A stretch of 64,000 nucleotides of DNA from Candidatus Bathyarchaeota archaeon (GCA_018396815.1 JAGTQY010000003.1:69481-133480), one strand, 5' to 3'. Counted from the stretch's first letter, positions 1 through 9,651 are shown. Translations and numbers: made by a program. Notes: a model not told the origin generated them from the letters alone.

Positions 1-693
1 CTTTCTGAAGATTACTTAGCTATAACTCTTTTAGCTATAAGTGAAGTTACATACTTAGTTTTATACTATAATGTAGATATTATAGGTGGATACTATGGTG
101 TTTCTATTCCAGATGTGTTAGCTTTTATTCCTGGTACCAAAAGAATTTTCGTTTTTACAGGTATATTAATTTTAATAGTGTTTGGATGCTACATTTTTAT
201 TGAGAAGCTTCTTAATTCACCTTATGGTAGAGTTCTTAAAGCTATGAGGGAAAATGAATTAGTGGCTAAAGCTTATGGAAAAAACGTTATGATGCTTAGG
301 GTTAAAACAGTAGCTTTAGGATCTTCAATAGCTTCTTTAGCAGGGGCACTTTACTCTTTTTACTCAGTTAATGTTATAACTACAAGCTTTAGTAGAGTTG
401 AGTGGACGTTTTACCCAATTTTAATGCTTATTTTAGGTGGAGCTGGAAACAATGTTGGGGCTCTTTTAGGGGCTTTCACATTTGTATTAACTAAAGTTTT
501 ATTAATAACTTATAAATTTGAAATCACTTCTATTTTACATCTTCCATTTCAAGCTGTATGGTTAGAATATATATTGTTTGGTGTAGTTATGCTTTTAATC
601 CTTCTTTTTAAACCTGAAGGATTAATTAAGGAAAAACCTGTATTCACTAAAGCTGTAAAAAAAGTTGTTAAAACTAAACAAAAACAAAAATAA
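1..693 (+). CDS. livM: Branched-chain amino acid ABC transporter permease (LivM-type), 5'-partial
   Basis: Frame is open from base 1 (LSEDYLAITLLAISE, like LivM RGDYLAI); SPYGRVLKAMRENE, ILGGAGN and PEGL motifs. Confidence 0.85.
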   Translation, partial: LSEDYLAITLLAISEVTYLVLYYNVDIIGGYYGVSIPDVLAFIPGTKRIFVFTGILILIVFGCYIFIEKLLNSPYGRVLKAMRENELVAKAYGKNVMMLRVKTVALGSSIASLAGALYSFYSVNVITTSFSRVEWTFYPILMLILGGAGNNVGALLGAFTFVLTKVLLITYKFEITSILHLPFQAVWLEYILFGVVMLLILLFKPEGLIKEKPVFTKAVKKVVKTKQKQK

Positions 694-1060
694 ATTTAAA
701 TTTTCATAAAAAGTAAAATTTCATCAAAACCCATTAAGTATAATTTTGATCCATAAGTTTCTGTTTACTCTTTACGATTTAAAATACTATTTCTTCAAGC
801 GCTTAATTGAATAATCCTTCTCAAGATCAAATATAAACTGAGTTTTCTTAATAATAATTTATTTTTCGTTTTACTAATGTTTTACCTTTAAGGCAATAGC
901 TTTTTTACTTGTTTAAATTAACTATACATAGGAATAACTGTGTTTAGAACCATTTAACTGAAAAAAATTTTGAATTTATTTCTTCTAAGCCATTTTCTTT
1001 GAAACCTTTCAAGTTGAACTCTGTTTACTCTTTTTAAAAAGCAAGCTTTTTAACTTCCAT
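620..1060. repeat. Copy 1 of a ~430 bp diverged direct repeat (livM 3' end plus cupin gene)
   Basis: AAAAACCTG..TAAAGCTGTAAAAAA.GTTGTT.AAACTAA.CAAAAA, TTCTTCAAGCGCTT, TTTACCTTTAAGGCA and CATAGGAAT occur in the same order here and at ~2150-2583. Confidence 0.8.
745..1060 (-). pseudogene. Decayed paralog of the cupin gene at 2224-2583
   Basis: Colinear nucleotide similarity to the intact cupin gene, including the ATG at 1060; many indels and stops; boundaries approximate. Confidence 0.75.
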
Positions 1061-1079
1061 AAATCACTACAATATTCTT

Positions 1080-1982
1080 TTATGCTAATTGTTTAGTATG
1101 TTCCATCCTCATTTTTTTATGAATTTTAATTAATCTCTTCAGTATTTCAGATTTTAACTCGCTATATTCATAATTCTTTGTATTCACTACAATTTTTACT
1201 AAATAATATTCTTTATCACTTTGCTCATCTATTTTTACACTTAAAACTGGCATATCTTTAAGTGATTCATTAATTTTCATTAAAACTGTTTCTGGATCAT
1301 ATATTATTGGGAACTCATATCTAACATTAAAAATATAATCTTGATCTTTTATATATTCTACAACGCCAGAGTTTGTAGCTAAAATAGTGTTTGGAATTTT
1401 TATTATTTGTCCTTCTTCACTTATTATTTTAGTATAAAAAAGACTTACTTCAAGGACTGTGCCCATGTAACCTGCATATACAAAATCATAAGAGAAATAC
1501 TTGTAGGCAGGTAAATTAGCAATTTGAAATGGAATGTTTGATGTTAATATTCTTATTCGGCTTCCAGGTTTAACCATTCCTGTTAAAAGCATTAATATAC
1601 CTGAGAAAAAATTGCTAAGAATAGGTTGTACAGCTAAACCTATTATTAAACCGCTGAATGTTGCTCCTGCAAGCCAAGCCTCCGGTAATGAAGTAACATA
1701 GGCTACTGTAGTTGTTATAGAAATAATATACCCGATTATTGAAATGCTGTTTCCTATAATTAAAGCCTGCTCTTTAAGCTTTAATTTAAGATATTCAATA
1801 ATTAATAAAGATATTTGACGTGTTATAATAATACCGCCAATTAAAATAATTGCTGCATAAACATATTTAAAATATTCAATATATTTAGCGGTTATTACTA
1901 ATTCTCTTTTTAATACTGTGACTAAAACTGCTGCGAATATTATTAAACTTAATGTAGTAACAATTTTAATAATGGGCTTCAT
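1080..1982 (-). CDS. mscS: Small-conductance mechanosensitive channel (MscS family)
   Basis: N-terminal TM helices; GLIIGLAVQPILSNFFSG TM3 motif; GTVLEVSLFYTKI and IPN beta-domain motifs. Confidence 0.85.
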   Translation of the reverse strand: MKPIIKIVTTLSLIIFAAVLVTVLKRELVITAKYIEYFKYVYAAIILIGGIIITRQISLLIIEYLKLKLKEQALIIGNSISIIGYIISITTTVAYVTSLPEAWLAGATFSGLIIGLAVQPILSNFFSGILMLLTGMVKPGSRIRILTSNIPFQIANLPAYKYFSYDFVYAGYMGTVLEVSLFYTKIISEEGQIIKIPNTILATNSGVVEYIKDQDYIFNVRYEFPIIYDPETVLMKINESLKDMPVLSVKIDEQSDKEYYLVKIVVNTKNYEYSELKSEILKRLIKIHKKMRMEHTKQLA

Positions 1983-2149
1983 AAATATAACCTTACTACC
2001 TTAACCTTTTTACTCATTAAAACGTTGTGCGCGCATCATAACTTCACTAATGTAATCGATTAACCGCTTTATTTTCAGTATAAAGTTTAACTTATTTTGC
2101 TTCATTTAAAGCTTACTGTAAACATATAGATTTAAAACATTTAATTCCA

Positions 2150-2583
2150 TTAATTAAGATTATTTTTAATAAAAACCTGCATCTATTAAAGCTGTAAAAA
2201 AGTTGTTGAAACTAAGCAAAAATTTATTGATTACAATTTTGTTCCGCGGTTTTTTGTTTTTTTGAATAATCTTCACGTGGAGGTGAAAACACATCTAAAA
2301 ATATTGTTTCTTCAAGCGCTTTAACTGAATGTTCTTCTTTAGGCTCAAATTTATAAGCTGAATTCTCTTCAATAATTAATTCTTTTTCTTTAGTTTTAAT
2401 TAATGCTTTACCTTTAAGGCATATTCCCATTTGTTCATTTATATGGCTGTGCATAGGAATTACTGCTCCTGGAGCCATTTTAACTAGAAGGAATTGAATT
2501 TTATCGCTTTCTAAAACGATTTTTCCTAAAACATCTTGAGTTAAAACCCATTCTACTCCTTCAAAAAGTTTTTTCGCTTGCAT
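2150..2583. repeat. Copy 2 of the diverged direct repeat (decayed livM tail plus intact cupin gene)
   Basis: Matches 620-1060 as described for copy 1. Confidence 0.8.
2224..2583 (-). CDS. Cupin domain protein
   Basis: PGAVIPMHSHINEQ (HxH..E) motif, second His in EEHSV, DVFSPPREDY tail. Confidence 0.85.
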   Translation of the reverse strand: MQAKKLFEGVEWVLTQDVLGKIVLESDKIQFLLVKMAPGAVIPMHSHINEQMGICLKGKALIKTKEKELIIEENSAYKFEPKEEHSVKALEETIFLDVFSPPREDYSKKQKTAEQNCNQ

Positions 2584-2614
2584 GATAAGAAATTTAAGAG
2601 TTTAAATAGATAAG

Positions 2615-2633
2615 TTTATATAACAGTGTTATA
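2615..2633 (+). promoter_or_regulatory. TATA box (TTTATA) overlapped by a perfect 7-1-7 palindrome TATAACA-G-TGTTATA; putative operator
   Basis: Palindrome at 2619-2633 in the divergent cupin/dsrE intergenic region. Confidence 0.5.
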
Positions 2634-2655
2634 AAACATATTATAGGTGAAGAAA

Positions 2656-3066
2656 ATGCCTAAACTCTCAATAATAATCTCCTCGGAAAAATTGGATAAA
2701 ATTTATCCAGCAGCGATTTTAGCTAGCACTGCAGCAGCTATGGATTGGGAAGCTGAATTATTTTTCACATTCTGGGGTTTACTCGCCTTAAAAAAAGGTT
2801 ATGAACCGTCTGAAGTCAGCTTAGATTACGCGCAATATAAAGATGCTTTAGGTAAAGCAATAGAGCAAGGCTCAATACCTAAATGGAAAAACTTGATTAA
2901 AGAAGCTAAGGAAAAAGGAAAAGTGAAAGTTTACGCTTGCTCAACAACAATGGGCGTCTTCAATATTAAAAAAGAAGATTTAGAAGATTTTGTTGATAAC
3001 ATTCTTGGAGCAGCTTCCTTTCTATCTAAAGCTAAAGATTCTCAAGCAACATTGTTTATTTCATGA
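2656..3066 (+). CDS. DsrE/DsrF/DrsH-like sulfur-relay protein
   Basis: LFFTFWGL and YACSTTM motifs, ends TLFI; ATG 2656 follows a GGTGA RBS. Confidence 0.85.
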   Translation: MPKLSIIISSEKLDKIYPAAILASTAAAMDWEAELFFTFWGLLALKKGYEPSEVSLDYAQYKDALGKAIEQGSIPKWKNLIKEAKEKGKVKVYACSTTMGVFNIKKEDLEDFVDNILGAASFLSKAKDSQATLFIS

Positions 3067-3082
3067 AGGAGGAATAAACAAA

Positions 3083-3310
3083 ATGAATGAAGTAATAACT
3101 GTTGATGCTAGATATAAATCATGTCCAGGCCCATTAATAGCTATAAGCGAAGCTGTTAAAAATGCTAAACCAAAACAAATAATTAAGCTTTTAGCTACCG
3201 ATCCAGCTGCACCCTTTGATATTAAAGCTTGGAGTGAAAGCGTTGGTCACAAGCTTTTAAAAGCTTCAAAAAGAAATGGTATATATGAAATTGAAATTGA
3301 AGTAAGGTAG
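3083..3310 (+). CDS. tusA: TusA/SirA family sulfur carrier
   Basis: VDARYKSCPGP and ATDPAAPFDIKAW motifs; start moved to ATG 3083 after GGAGG. Confidence 0.9.
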   Translation: MNEVITVDARYKSCPGPLIAISEAVKNAKPKQIIKLLATDPAAPFDIKAWSESVGHKLLKASKRNGIYEIEIEVR

Positions 3311-3342
3311 GTGAAACAAATATTACTGAAGCCGTTAAAAGC

Positions 3343-4533
3343 GTGAAAAAACTTATAAAAACTCATGGAAAACCTAAAAAAGAAGTTTATTTTGATTCTG
3401 AAAACTCAGGCTTAATCTTTCCTGAAGCTCTTAAAGAGCTTATAAAAGCTTATAGGAAAACTGGTTATGGGAATCCTGCTATAACGCATAAAATCGGTTG
3501 GGAATCTTATGAAAAACTTTATAAAGCAACAGAAAAATTATCAAAAATCTTAAATGTTTCACAAAACGAGTTAACTTATACGCATAACGCTACAGAAGCT
3601 AACAATTTAGCTATTATAGGCGCTGCAAAAGCTAATAAAACTGAGAAGAAAAAAATTATAGTTTCAAGCATAGAACATTTAAGCGTCATATTTGCAGCTG
3701 AAGAGCTTCAGAAACATGGTTATAAAATTGTTAAGGTTCCAGTTGATAAAGAAGGCTTCGTAAATAAAGAATTTATTAATAAAGAGGTTGATAAAGAAAC
3801 CTTTTTAGTAAGCATAGCTCCAATAAATCATGAAATAGGCGTTATTCAAGATTTAAAGGAGATTAGCGAATTAATTAAGGATAAAAACCCTAATACGCTT
3901 TTTCATGTTGATGCAAGTGATGCTTTTGGAAGAATTAAATTAAACCTTGATAAAATTGATTTAGCAAGCTTTAGCAGCCATAAAATTTATGGTCCAAAAG
4001 GTGCAGGTCTCTTATATACTAAAGAAGGTGTAAAGCTTGAACCAATAATTCACGGCCAGTTAACTGCCCAAAAACTATGGCCTAGCGTAGAAAACATTCC
4101 AGCTATAGCAGGATTTGCTAAAGCAGCTGAGTTAATTCATTTAACAGATATGAATAAAATTTCTCGATTAAGAGATAAATTGATAGAAGGAATTTTAAAT
4201 GAAGTTGATCAAAGCATGCTTAATGGTCCTAAAGGATTTAAAAGAGCTCCAGACAATGTTAATATATCTTTCCTTAATATTGAAGGAGAAGCTGTAACTG
4301 TTGAGTTAAGTATGAGGGGGGTTTATGTCTCAAGTGGAAGCGCTTGCACAAGCAGAATTCTTCAGCCAAGCCATGTTCTTTTAGCTATAGGAAGAAGATA
4401 TGAGGAAGCGCATGGAAGCATACTCATGAGGATAACGCCTTTCCATAATGAGGAGGATATTGAATATTCATTAAACCAAATTTATGAAGGAGTAAAAAGG
4501 CTTCAGTTAATAAGCCCTATTAAAGGAGGTTAA
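3343..4533 (+). CDS. iscS: Cysteine desulfurase (IscS/NifS, group I)
   Basis: SSHKIYGPKG PLP-lysine motif and SSGSACTS catalytic Cys loop; may start at in-frame ATT 3322. Confidence 0.9.
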   Translation: MKKLIKTHGKPKKEVYFDSENSGLIFPEALKELIKAYRKTGYGNPAITHKIGWESYEKLYKATEKLSKILNVSQNELTYTHNATEANNLAIIGAAKANKTEKKKIIVSSIEHLSVIFAAEELQKHGYKIVKVPVDKEGFVNKEFINKEVDKETFLVSIAPINHEIGVIQDLKEISELIKDKNPNTLFHVDASDAFGRIKLNLDKIDLASFSSHKIYGPKGAGLLYTKEGVKLEPIIHGQLTAQKLWPSVENIPAIAGFAKAAELIHLTDMNKISRLRDKLIEGILNEVDQSMLNGPKGFKRAPDNVNISFLNIEGEAVTVELSMRGVYVSSGSACTSRILQPSHVLLAIGRRYEEAHGSILMRITPFHNEEDIEYSLNQIYEGVKRLQLISPIKGG

Positions 4534-4536
4534 AGA

Positions 4537-5028
4537 ATGACGAATAGAATTCCCTTACCCTATAACCCTAAAGTTTTAGAGCTTTTTAAAAACCCTAAAA
4601 ATTTAGGAAAAATTAACGATGCTAACGCTCAAGCTACAGCTGGAAGCTTAGCTTGCGGAGATATGATCTCTATTTACCTTAAAATAGTTGATGAAAAAAT
4701 TGTTGAAGCAAGCTTTGAAAGCTATGGTTGCGCAGCTAATATAGCTGCAGCAAGCATAATGACTGAAATGGTTAAAGAGAAAACTCTTAAAGAAGCATGG
4801 CAAATCTCTTGGAGGCAAATTTCAGATGCTCTCGGCGGTTTACCAGCAGTTAAATATCATTGCGGAGTTTTAGCTATAGGCGCTTTAAGAAGAGCTATAC
4901 GAGCATATTTTAAAAATAAAATAAAGCCTGATTGGCTTCCTGAAGAACCAACTTCAGATGAAAAACATGCTCTTGAAGAAGAAAAGTTAATGGAAATTTT
5001 ATCAAAAAGAATTGAAAAAACTCAATAG
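4537..5028 (+). CDS. iscU: Fe-S cluster scaffold IscU/NifU
   Basis: ACGD, YGCAANIA and LPAVKYHC supply the three conserved Cys. Confidence 0.9.
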   Translation: MTNRIPLPYNPKVLELFKNPKNLGKINDANAQATAGSLACGDMISIYLKIVDEKIVEASFESYGCAANIAAASIMTEMVKEKTLKEAWQISWRQISDALGGLPAVKYHCGVLAIGALRRAIRAYFKNKIKPDWLPEEPTSDEKHALEEEKLMEILSKRIEKTQ

Positions 5029-5030
5029 TA

Positions 5031-5302
5031 AAAAGCTTTACTGAAGTTAAAGAGGTAAAGCTTTTAGCTGAAACGATAGTTTTAGTTGCTCTCTCAAGTA
5101 TTCTCCACTTAATTAGAAAATATATACTTTACCTCAAGGCGGTTCAATAACAGCCGGCTCTATGATACCTATTTTTCTCCTAGCTTTAAGAAGAGGAATA
5201 AAAATAGGTGTTCTTAGCAGTTTAGCTTTTGGGCTTATAGTATTAATTGAGGAACCTTTTATTTATCATCCAGTTCAAGGCGCTTTACTCCGCTATATAT
5301 AA
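5031..5302 (+). pseudogene. thiT: Frameshifted, truncated ECF thiamine transporter S-component (ThiT-like)
   Basis: KLLAETIVLVALSSILHLIR, a frameshift near 5120, then YTLPQGGSITAGSMIPIFLLALRRG..GLIVLIEEPFIYHPVQ and a stop; no start codon. Confidence 0.75.
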
Positions 5303-5545
5303 CGGGAGTTATTTAATTGTAGAATTCATATAATTATTTATTTTTATTTATTTTCTTTTAAAAAGAAAAATTTAACTATTCTTTAATAATGAAGAGTCTC
5401 TTTAGGTCTCGAAATATTAAATGCTTTCAAAACTTAGGTGTTAGCAAGACAGAGTTATAAATTTTTATTACTAATCATACGCATTTAAAGGGAGATTTAT
5501 AAGAGGCAAAAGTTTTTAAATAATATGATTAAATCCTTATATATA

Positions 5546-5965
5546 ATGGGTATAAATAATCTTGGTGAATATTTAAAAAAGCTTACTTATGAGCATATAA
5601 TATTTTATAAAAGAGTTGAAGAGTTAGAAAATTTATTAGAAACGAATCCCTTAAACGCTATTGAGGTCTCCACGCATTTTTTAGAGAACGTTGTTTTTCC
5701 GCACATGGTAAAAGAAGAAAAAACAGTAATTCCAGTAATTCCTAATAAAGCGGGGGAAAGAGAAAAAATTTTAATAGAAGAGTTGAGTAAAGAGCATGAG
5801 GAAATGGAAAAGCTTTATGAAAGCTTTAGAAAAAGCTTATCTAATGGTAAAATTACCGATGCAGCTGCTCAACTAAAGAAGATTTTAACGCTTCTTAAGC
5901 TTCATTCGAAGAAAGAGGAATCTTTATTCGAATTTATTTTGAAAAGATACCTAGAAGAGAAGTGA
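5546..5965 (+). CDS. Hemerythrin-like (HHE cation-binding) protein
   Basis: EH...HMVKEE...EHEE...HSKKEE pattern. Confidence 0.75.
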   Translation: MGINNLGEYLKKLTYEHIIFYKRVEELENLLETNPLNAIEVSTHFLENVVFPHMVKEEKTVIPVIPNKAGEREKILIEELSKEHEEMEKLYESFRKSLSNGKITDAAAQLKKILTLLKLHSKKEESLFEFILKRYLEEK

Positions 5966-7332
5966 GTTTAACCTCTATGGAAGAAAGAAGAGTTGCGTTA
6001 TTCATTGTTTCTTTAGGATCTTTTTTAACGCCTTTTATGGCTTCATCTATTAATGTAGCAATTCCATTAATTGAAAAAGATTTTTCAGTGAAAGCTGCTT
6101 TATTAACTTGGATTGCTTCATCTTATCTTTTGTCAGCAGCTATATTTCTTATTCCCTTCGGTAAAATAGCTGATATTTATGGACGAAAAAAGATTTTTAA
6201 ACTTGGTGTAATAATTTACATTAGCGCTTCTGTTTTTTCTGGTTTTTCTCCTTCCTTCTTGTTTTTTATTTTTTCTCGAATTTTACAAGGGTTAGGTGGC
6301 GCAATAATTTTAAGCGCAAGCGTTGCGATTTTAACATCGATGTTTCCAGTTGGAGAAAGGGGTGAAGCTTTAGGGCTTAATGTAGCAGCAGTTTATTTAG
6401 GGCTTTCACTTGGTCCATTTATAGGCGGGTTTTTAACGCAAAATTTAGGTTGGAGAAGCTTATTTATTTTAAACATTCCTTTAGGCATGTTAATAATTCT
6501 TCTTGCTCATTTAAAATTAAAGAGAGAATTGTGTGAAGCTGAAAAAGGAAAATTTGATTTAATCGGCTTCTTAATTTACAGCTTTATGCTCGCGATTACT
6601 TTATGCGGATTCTCTTTTTTGCCAAAGCTTATAGGATCCTTAATGATTTTAACCGGTTTTTTAGGTTTTTTAGCGTTTGTTAAATGGGAAAATAGAGTTG
6701 AGAATCCTATATTAAACATAAACCTTTTTAAAGAGAATAAAGTGTTTACCTTTTCTAACTTAGCTGCATTGATTAATTACAGCGCAACTTTTGCTGTAAG
6801 CTTTCTTTTAAGCATTTATCTTCAGCATATAAAGGGTTTTAATCCTCAAAACGCAGGTGTAATTTTATCTTCTCAACCTATTGTTCAAGCTTTGTTTTCT
6901 CCAGCTGCTGGCAAGCTTTCAGACATAATTGAGCCTAGAGTAATCGCTTCAATAGGCATGGCGTTAACTTTTATAACTCTTTTATCATTTTCATTTTTAA
7001 GCGATTCATCCAGCTTAATCTTTATTTTAATTAGCTTAATTGTTTTAGGGTTAAGCTTCGCTCTTTTTTCTTCTCCAAACACGAATGCTGTAATGAGCTC
7101 TATTAAAGAAAAATTTTATGGAGTAGCTTCAGCAACTCTTGCAACAATGAGGTTAATCGGTCAATCGTTAAGCATGGGGATTTCTGGAGTAGTTTTCGCA
7201 ATTTATATAGGTGAATCTGAAGTTACAATTGAGCATCATTCAGTTTTATTGAAAGCTATAAAAACGCTTTTTATAATTTTCGCTTTTTTATGCTTTATTG
7301 GAATATTTGCATCTCTTAAAAGAGGTAAATAA
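5962..7332 (+). CDS. MFS transporter, EmrB/QacA (DHA2) family
   Basis: GKIADIYGRKK motif A, RILQGLGG, GPFIGGFL motif C, about 14 TM segments. Confidence 0.9.
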   Translation: MSLTSMEERRVALFIVSLGSFLTPFMASSINVAIPLIEKDFSVKAALLTWIASSYLLSAAIFLIPFGKIADIYGRKKIFKLGVIIYISASVFSGFSPSFLFFIFSRILQGLGGAIILSASVAILTSMFPVGERGEALGLNVAAVYLGLSLGPFIGGFLTQNLGWRSLFILNIPLGMLIILLAHLKLKRELCEAEKGKFDLIGFLIYSFMLAITLCGFSFLPKLIGSLMILTGFLGFLAFVKWENRVENPILNINLFKENKVFTFSNLAALINYSATFAVSFLLSIYLQHIKGFNPQNAGVILSSQPIVQALFSPAAGKLSDIIEPRVIASIGMALTFITLLSFSFLSDSSSLIFILISLIVLGLSFALFSSPNTNAVMSSIKEKFYGVASATLATMRLIGQSLSMGISGVVFAIYIGESEVTIEHHSVLLKAIKTLFIIFAFLCFIGIFASLKRGK

Positions 7333-7348
7333 TATATAATATAAGCAT

Positions 7349-7867
7349 TTACTTTATTAAAATTAACCCAAATCTATAAAACTTTTGATTTTTATCTTTA
7401 AGAATTTTAATTGAAAAACCTGCGTTTTTAGCTGTTTCAAAAACATTTATTCCACAAGCCTCCATTGATGGTCTAGTTAACAAAGGGTTTTTGCATTGCT
7501 TAACGTCAAGCAAGCATTTTTCGCAGTATGGGCAATGTCCTCCTCCAAACCCAAAAGCTTTATAATAACCTTGAAGAAAAAGCTCTCTTTCAAGCTTATT
7601 AATAACATCATAAAGTTTAATTTTATTATCTGAAAACCTAAAAATTAATGCAATTTTATATTCTTTAAGCAAAGCTTTAGTTTCCTTAGGCGTAGGCGTA
7701 TAAGGTGGGCAATTTAACCATTTACCGTAATCAGGGCATCCATATCGGCATTTCCAATTAACCCAATTTTCAACAATTATTTTCGATGTTTTAATAAGTT
7801 TAGCTTCTGAAACTCCAAACTTTAAAGCTAATGCTTTTATTTTTTCAGTTTCACTATCTCTCTTCAT
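7349..7867 (-). CDS. DUF2284 Cys-rich metal-binding protein
   Basis: KCRYGCPDYG..CPP, CPYCEKC and RPSMEACGINV motifs. Confidence 0.8.
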   Translation of the reverse strand: MKRDSETEKIKALALKFGVSEAKLIKTSKIIVENWVNWKCRYGCPDYGKWLNCPPYTPTPKETKALLKEYKIALIFRFSDNKIKLYDVINKLERELFLQGYYKAFGFGGGHCPYCEKCLLDVKQCKNPLLTRPSMEACGINVFETAKNAGFSIKILKDKNQKFYRFGLILIK

Positions 7868-8324
7868 TTTCTTCTCTTAAAGATTTACTATTTATAAAGC
7901 TTAAAAGATCTTTTTTAGGAATTATTTCATAAGCTTTCTTTAAAATCTCTTTTTCACCATTATACGATAAAGATTTAAGAGCTTCATTAAAAGTGAACCA
8001 TCCATAAGTATCATGTTCTTCTCCAATTTTAGTTTCAACTTGATCAGTTTCAAAAAGATAAAAATGAACAGTTTTATTTATTTTATTTTTTCTAAACCAA
8101 AATTGATAGTTAATTGACCCTATTTTACTAATTAATTTTAAATTTTTTATTCCAGTTTCTTCTGCAACTTCTCTTTTAGCAGCTTCTAATTCGCTTTCAC
8201 CTTTCTCTATAATTCCTTTTGGTAAACACCAAATCTTCTTCTCCTTAAATCCTAAAAGAAAAAATAAAATTTTATCTTTCTCTCTTCTAAAAACTACTCC
8301 ACCAGCAGAAACTTGAGTAATCAA
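7854..8324 (-). CDS. NUDIX hydrolase (Ap4A hydrolase-like)
   Basis: Nudix box PKGIIEKGESELEAAKREVAEETG; SAGGVV. Confidence 0.9.
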   Translation of the reverse strand: MITQVSAGGVVFRREKDKILFFLLGFKEKKIWCLPKGIIEKGESELEAAKREVAEETGIKNLKLISKIGSINYQFWFRKNKINKTVHFYLFETDQVETKIGEEHDTYGWFTFNEALKSLSYNGEKEILKKAYEIIPKKDLLSFINSKSLREENEER

Positions 8325-8336
8325 TTAAAACTTCAC

Positions 8337-9536
8337 CTATACTTCTAAATTTTTACTTAATTTAGTTAAAGGTTCAATTTTAGCTTTAAAGTTAATAATG
8401 AAAACATCCTCTACTCTTACTCCACCAATTTTTTGGTTATATAATCCAGGTTCAATTGTGAATACATTCCCTTTTTTTAATTCATCTTCACTAAAAATGG
8501 AGAGAAATGGGTGTTCACCAATTGTTAATCCTATTCCATGACCTAAAGAATGAATAAATCCTTTCTCAACTTTAAAAGAGCTTTTAATTGTTGAGTAACC
8601 TTTTTTTTCAAAGAAATCGCAAACAGTATTCATAACTTCTTTACCTTTAACTCCTTCCTTAATTTTTTCAATAGCTTTTTCTTGAGCTTCTAAAACTAAT
8701 TGATGCATTTCTTTAATTTTTTTTGAAGCTCTACCAACAACTATTGTTCTAGTTATATCAGTAAAATAACCATGCTTCTCTTGAGGGAATAAATCAAAAA
8801 CTATTGGTTTATTTAAGATTAAAAAATCTTTATCGCTACCTAAATAATGGGGTTGAGCTGATTTAACTCCAGTAGCTAAAATAAAATCTTCACTTAAAAT
8901 TAACTCTTCATCAATTAATAATTGCTTTACGTAAAGTTTAACATTTTTTACAGTTGCTTTCTTCCCCTTATATAAAAGATAATTTCCTAAAACCTTTAGG
9001 TTTGAAATGAACTCTATAGTTTTCTTCATAATTTCTTCTGTTTTTCTTGAAGCATTCTTGATTTTTTCAATTTCCTCGATGCTTTTAGTTTCCATTAAAG
9101 ACTCAAGCAAAGTTGGCGTTTTTTCTATAACAATTTGATAACCAAAATTTTTAAGCGCTTCAGTAATTCTTAATATTTTTGATGCTTCATTTTTCCCAGC
9201 TAAAATTATTCTTCCAGAAACTTTATGTTCTTCAAGAATTTTTTTAAGAAAAATTAAAAAAGCTTTTTCTGCTCCGTGACTTTTCAAAATTTCTTCATAT
9301 TTATAATCACTAAAAGTTTTAATGTTTTTTACGTTTCCTTTTTTTGCTTCAATTAAATCTATAGAATTAACAATTAATAATGGGGGTTCAAAAAGTTTCT
9401 TTAAGTATACTCCTCCTCTTGGAATAGAAGTGCCAACTAAATAATGAAACTCATGGTTACTATATGTTGAATCAGCAAAAGCTACAACTGCTTCTAAACC
9501 TCTTTTCTCCATTTCTTTATCAATATCTTGAAGCAT
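8337..9536 (-). CDS. Xaa-Pro aminopeptidase (M24 family)
   Basis: DITRT, HSLGHGIG, TIEPGLY and GVRVED motifs. Confidence 0.9.
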   Translation of the reverse strand: MLQDIDKEMEKRGLEAVVAFADSTYSNHEFHYLVGTSIPRGGVYLKKLFEPPLLIVNSIDLIEAKKGNVKNIKTFSDYKYEEILKSHGAEKAFLIFLKKILEEHKVSGRIILAGKNEASKILRITEALKNFGYQIVIEKTPTLLESLMETKSIEEIEKIKNASRKTEEIMKKTIEFISNLKVLGNYLLYKGKKATVKNVKLYVKQLLIDEELILSEDFILATGVKSAQPHYLGSDKDFLILNKPIVFDLFPQEKHGYFTDITRTIVVGRASKKIKEMHQLVLEAQEKAIEKIKEGVKGKEVMNTVCDFFEKKGYSTIKSSFKVEKGFIHSLGHGIGLTIGEHPFLSIFSEDELKKGNVFTIEPGLYNQKIGGVRVEDVFIINFKAKIEPLTKLSKNLEV

Positions 9537-9651
9537 AATTTATAATTACTTTTATAACTTAATTATAAAGTTCTCTTAAAATCTTAAGGATTATAAGGAT
9601 TAGAGATGTTAAAATTTAGAGAGGAAGGAAAGGAGGATTAAAAATTTTAAA

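Noticed and set aside
5385-5460. ATGAAGA as a possible C box of a C/D sRNA
   Set aside because: No CTGA D box at a suitable distance
9539-9569. 10-bp inverted repeat TTTATAATTA/TAATTATAAA between the peptidase and tmcA
   Set aside because: All A/T and explained by TATA-like boxes in a divergent promoter region of an AT-rich genome
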